Shown: positions 60,849-64,000 of the stretch, in pieces
Numbering within the stretch: the stretch's first letter is position 1
Layout of the letters: each line of letters starts with the position of its first letter
Assembly: GCA_009780515.1 (NCBI GenBank)
Contig: WQZX01000004.1
Location: forward strand, 4,696 to 68,695
Length of the DNA stretch: 64,000 nt
Reading direction: 5' to 3'
From: Nocardioidaceae bacterium
Lineage (GTDB): Bacteria; Actinomycetota; Actinomycetes; Propionibacteriales; Nocardioidaceae
Notes under the pieces: model-generated
The model's database searches: none
What the model was told of the DNA's origin: nothing
The model's input: the letters and a program-made list of their open reading frames with translations, nothing else
Made by a program: the position numbers and the translations under genes

Positions 60849-60884
60849 CGGCGGCGCCATCCGGAGGTCGGTAGATTCGACCGG

Positions 60885-63152
60885 GTGGGGACGGAGCCCG
60901 AACGGCATCGATCGCTGGCCGACCAGCTGAGGTCGTGGTCCGAGGAGGACCTCGTCCGCCTGCTGACGGACCGTCCCGATCTGGCCACACCAGCTCCTTC
61001 CGACTTCGGCCACCTGGCTTCGAGGGCGACCGCCCAGAGCTCGATCGCGCGAGCTCTCGACATCCTGACCTGTGGCGAGCTCTTCGTGCTAGATGCCCTC
61101 GTCGTCGCTGGACAAACCACCGACGAGGAGCTCCGGTCCCTCGTCACCGCAGATCCGGCGTACGTCGACGCGACGGTCGCGCGGCTGCGCGGGCTCGCGC
61201 TGGCCTGGGACTCGCCGGAGGGACTGCGCCCGCTGAGCGGCATCGCCGACGTGCTGGCGGCCGGTCCGCCCGGGTACGTCAGCGGGCTGCGATCCCGGTC
61301 CTCGCGGCCGCTCGACGCCGACGAGGTGCGCGAGCGGCTCGACGCGCTCGGCCCCGGCGCCCGCCGGCTGCTGGACCACGTCGTCGACGAGGGCGGCCAG
61401 GCGAAGGCCGGCTCGACCCGCATCGGCATCGACCCCGACGCGGCCGAGACCCCAGCCGAGGAGCTCGTCGCGCGGCGCCTGCTGGTGCCGGCGGGCTCGA
61501 CCCAGCCCGGCCTGCTCGTCGTGCCCGGAGAGGTCGGTCTCGTCGTGCGCGGTGGGCGCACGACCGCCGCACCCGTCGACCGGCCGCCCGAGCTCGCGAC
61601 CGAGCCCGCCATGCCCCGGCTGGTCACCAACGCCGCGCTCGGCAGCGCCACCGACGCCGTACGACGCGTGGAGCTGCTGCTCGACCGGTGGGGCCACCAG
61701 CCCGCCGGCGCGCTGCGCTCGACCGGCCTGCCCGCGCGCGAGCTCAAGGCGGCGGCCGGGCACCTCGGCGTCGGCGAGGCCGCGGCGTCGCTGCTGATCG
61801 AGGTCGCCGCCGCCGCGGGCCTGCTGGCGACCCGTGCCGACGCGGGTGGGAGCTCGGTCTGGGTCCCCACCGACGCGTACGACGAGTGGCGGGTCGGCAG
61901 CCTCGCCCAGCGCTGGACGGCCCTGGCGCGTGCCTGGCTCGCCAGCCCGCGGCTGCCGTCGCTGGTCGGCGAGCGCGGGCCCGACGGCAAGGCCTGGAAC
62001 GCGCTGACGCCCGAGCTGGCCGCGAGCGGCATGCCCGAGGCCAAGGCGATGGCGCTGGCCGAGCTCGCCGACCTGCCCGACGGGCAGGCGCTGGCGAGCG
62101 GGACCGGCCTGCCGTCGCTGGTCGGCCGAGTGACCTGGATGCGACCCCGGCGACCGCGCACGCGCCCCGATCTCGTCGCGTGGGCGCTCACCGAGGCGGC
62201 CGCGCTCGGGGTGAGCGGCGGAGGCGCGCTGCCGTCGTACGCACGGCTGCTGGTGGCCGGCGGCGACCCGACGCCCGCGCTCGACGAGCTGCTGCCGCCA
62301 CCGGTCGACCACGTCCTGATCCAGGCCGACCTGACCGCCGTCGCGCCCGGACCGCTGGAGTCCGCGCTCGAGCGGCGGCTCCAGCAGCTCGCCGACCTCG
62401 AGTCGCACGGCTCCGCGACGGTCTACCGGTTCACCCGCGACTCCCTCCGAGGTGCGCTCGACATCGGCTGGAGCGGTGCGGAGATCCACGCGTTCCTGGC
62501 CTCGGCCTCGCGCACCGAGGTGCCACAGCCGCTGAGCTACCTCGTCGACGACACGGTGCGGTCCTTCGGGCGGCTGAGGGTCGGCTTCGCGGCCGCGTTC
62601 ATCCGCTCCGAGGACGAGGCGGCGCTGGTGGAGCTCCTGCGTCACCCCAAGTCCGAGTCGCTCGGGCTGCAGCGGATCGCGCCGACGGTGGTGGTGGCGA
62701 GCACCCCTGTCGACGTGCTGCTCCCCCGGCTCCGCGAGCTCGGTCTGGCGCCGGTGATCGAGGGCGTCGACGGGGTCGTCCGGGTCGGCGCGACCGAGGA
62801 GCTGCGCGCCCGCACCCCACGCCCGCACGGCTCCACCCGCGGCGCCGGCGACGCCCGCCGGGCCGCCCAGGTCTCGGTCGCGGTGCGGGCGCTGCGCGAG
62901 GGCGACGCCGTCGCGACCTCGCGGCCGGCATCGGCCTCCTCGCCCGCGTCCGCGCTGTCGGCGCTGCGCGAGGCGATCGAGCTCGGGGTCGTCGTACGGA
63001 TCGCCTTCACCGACAACCACGGCGTGATCACCGAGCGCGACGTGCGGCCGGCGTCGGTCGAGGGCGGCCAGCTCTCGGCGTACGACGCCGACGACCCGGA
63101 CGTCGACCGGCGCTACCCCATCCACCGGATCAGCCGGGTCTCCCCCGCCTGA
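60885..63152 (+). CDS. XPB-associated conserved protein (Rv0862c-like; Helicase_C_3-type as I recall)
   Basis: This is the real part of listed ORF 60084..63152. The first 267 codons of that ORF are antisense to the PP2C gene. The N-terminus is SLADQLRSWSEEDLVRLLTDRPDLA, and the gene lies next to an XPB-type helicase gene. Confidence 0.7.
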   Translation: MGTEPERHRSLADQLRSWSEEDLVRLLTDRPDLATPAPSDFGHLASRATAQSSIARALDILTCGELFVLDALVVAGQTTDEELRSLVTADPAYVDATVARLRGLALAWDSPEGLRPLSGIADVLAAGPPGYVSGLRSRSSRPLDADEVRERLDALGPGARRLLDHVVDEGGQAKAGSTRIGIDPDAAETPAEELVARRLLVPAGSTQPGLLVVPGEVGLVVRGGRTTAAPVDRPPELATEPAMPRLVTNAALGSATDAVRRVELLLDRWGHQPAGALRSTGLPARELKAAAGHLGVGEAAASLLIEVAAAAGLLATRADAGGSSVWVPTDAYDEWRVGSLAQRWTALARAWLASPRLPSLVGERGPDGKAWNALTPELAASGMPEAKAMALAELADLPDGQALASGTGLPSLVGRVTWMRPRRPRTRPDLVAWALTEAAALGVSGGGALPSYARLLVAGGDPTPALDELLPPPVDHVLIQADLTAVAPGPLESALERRLQQLADLESHGSATVYRFTRDSLRGALDIGWSGAEIHAFLASASRTEVPQPLSYLVDDTVRSFGRLRVGFAAAFIRSEDEAALVELLRHPKSESLGLQRIAPTVVVASTPVDVLLPRLRELGLAPVIEGVDGVVRVGATEELRARTPRPHGSTRGAGDARRAAQVSVAVRALREGDAVATSRPASASSPASALSALREAIELGVVVRIAFTDNHGVITERDVRPASVEGGQLSAYDADDPDVDRRYPIHRISRVSPA

Positions 63153-63156
63153 CCGG

Positions 63157-63903
63157 TCAGTCGACCTTGACGTGGCCACCGGGTGCCTGCGATCGGCGCG
63201 CGCGGCGTCGGGCGGCCCACCGATCCGAGCGGAGCAGGCGCCAGAGCCCGTAGCCGACGGCGAACCCGACCGGCACGAAGATCGCGGCCACCCACCAGCT
63301 CGCGCCCAAGTAGTACGGGATGCCGAAGAGGGCTGCCGCGCCCATGGCGATCCCGGACGCCTTCGCCGCCCGGACCTCGCTCGGCCGGAGCTTGCGGGCG
63401 TCCTTGCGCTTGGTGCGCAGCGTCGGTCCCGACGAGACGAACAGCGCGACGAGGGCGACCACGAACACCGACAGCGCCGCGCTGCCGACGATGCTGCGCG
63501 CCGTACCGACCGTCGTACGCAGGACCCGGCCGTCGGCGAACCTCAGCCGCACCACCTGACCGTCGCGGACCGTCGCCACCGAGCTCTGTCCGACGCGGGC
63601 GTCGAGGTCGCGGACATCGCCGCCGCTGCCGCCGCCCCAGGCCGGCATGTCGATCTCGTACTGCGACCCGCTCGCCGTCTTCAGGTCGTACGTCGTGGTC
63701 GAGCTCCGATATCCGCTCGTCACGTACCTGACCACGGTGCCACTCACGGTCGCGGTCGCGTCGCCGCGCTGGAGATAGCTCTGGACCGACAGGCCGAGCA
63801 TCGTCAGAGGCAGTGCGACGACGACCACGGCGGCCAGCCAGCCGAAGAACGGGCCGATGCGCTTCACGGCAGAAGCATGGCCCAGGCGAGCCGGCGCCGT
63901 CAT
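63157..63903 (-). CDS. Hypothetical membrane protein
   Basis: One N-terminal TM helix, a beta-rich ectodomain, then 3 further TM segments. The ATG at 63903 is preferred. Confidence 0.6.
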   Translation of the reverse strand: MTAPARLGHASAVKRIGPFFGWLAAVVVVALPLTMLGLSVQSYLQRGDATATVSGTVVRYVTSGYRSSTTTYDLKTASGSQYEIDMPAWGGGSGGDVRDLDARVGQSSVATVRDGQVVRLRFADGRVLRTTVGTARSIVGSAALSVFVVALVALFVSSGPTLRTKRKDARKLRPSEVRAAKASGIAMGAAALFGIPYYLGASWWVAAIFVPVGFAVGYGLWRLLRSDRWAARRRARRSQAPGGHVKVD

Positions 63904-63926
63904 CTCGCTGCCCGTAAACTCTCGGG

Positions 63927-64000
63927 GTGACCGACGGCCCACTGATCGTGCAGAGCGACAAGTCCCTGCTCCTCGAGGTGGACCACCCGCAGGCCGCGGA
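63927..64000 (+). CDS. XPB/Ercc3-type DNA helicase, N-terminal 24 codons (continues beyond window)
   Basis: The GTG at 63927 gives (M)TDGPLIVQSDKSLLLEVDHPQAA. This matches the N-terminus I recall for actinobacterial XPB (MTDGPLIVQSDKT.LLEVDH). Confidence 0.7.
   Translation, partial: MTDGPLIVQSDKSLLLEVDHPQAA

Noticed and set aside
60084-60884. N-terminal 267 codons of listed ORF 60084..63152, which would make a 1022-aa protein
   Set aside because: This segment is antisense to the PP2C phosphatase gene, which has all the PP2C motifs. The conserved N-terminus of the XPB-partner family (SLADQLRSWSEEDLVRLL) begins just after the GTG at 60885.

Overview
This is a high-GC actinobacterial chromosome segment. 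mca and a mycothiol-dependent isomerase point to a mycothiol producer, and the EF-Tu/EF-G sequences look Nocardioides/Propionibacteriales-like, though that placement is a guess. Most of the window is conserved core genome. Its synteny recalls the mycobacterial Rv1079-Rv1099 neighbourhood: metB, greA, DUF4307, mca, xseA/xseB, DUF4245, glpX, fumarase, phoH2, trmB. It also holds the str operon (rpsL-rpsG-fusA-tuf), modABC with a MerR/TOBE regulator, an ECF41-type sigma factor with its carboxymuconolactone-decarboxylase partner, a PP2C/FHA/FHA-RDD signalling operon, a cold-shock gene, and the start of an XPB-type helicase locus. Many gene pairs overlap by 4 nt (ATGA/GTGA), which helped fix start codons. 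I found no rRNA, tRNA or CRISPR array. The clearly accessory part is the first ~4.1 kb. It carries an AlbA_2/Schlafen-type ATPase-wHTH gene, an archaeo-eukaryotic primase fused to an SF2 helicase, and an orphan 93-aa ORF. This block ends exactly where a thioredoxin-domain (DUF255/YyaL-like) gene is cut off after codon 55, so it looks like the edge of an inserted island and is the best candidate for a conflict or mobile system. Next to it lies a two-gene cassette (120 aa + 394 aa) that I cannot assign to any family. Non-coding structure worth a second look: a ~570-bp GC-rich tandem repeat array at 41.3-41.8 kb; a twin-hairpin REPIN-like element present twice (31.1 kb and 54.5 kb); a degenerate DUF559 gene bracketed by 81-nt hairpin-forming direct repeats between two fumarase genes; a perfect 23-bp inverted repeat at 19.2 kb; and an MFS transporter whose conserved N-terminus has ACG where the start codon should be. 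All functional calls come from reading the translated ORFs and recalling family motifs; no database search was run.
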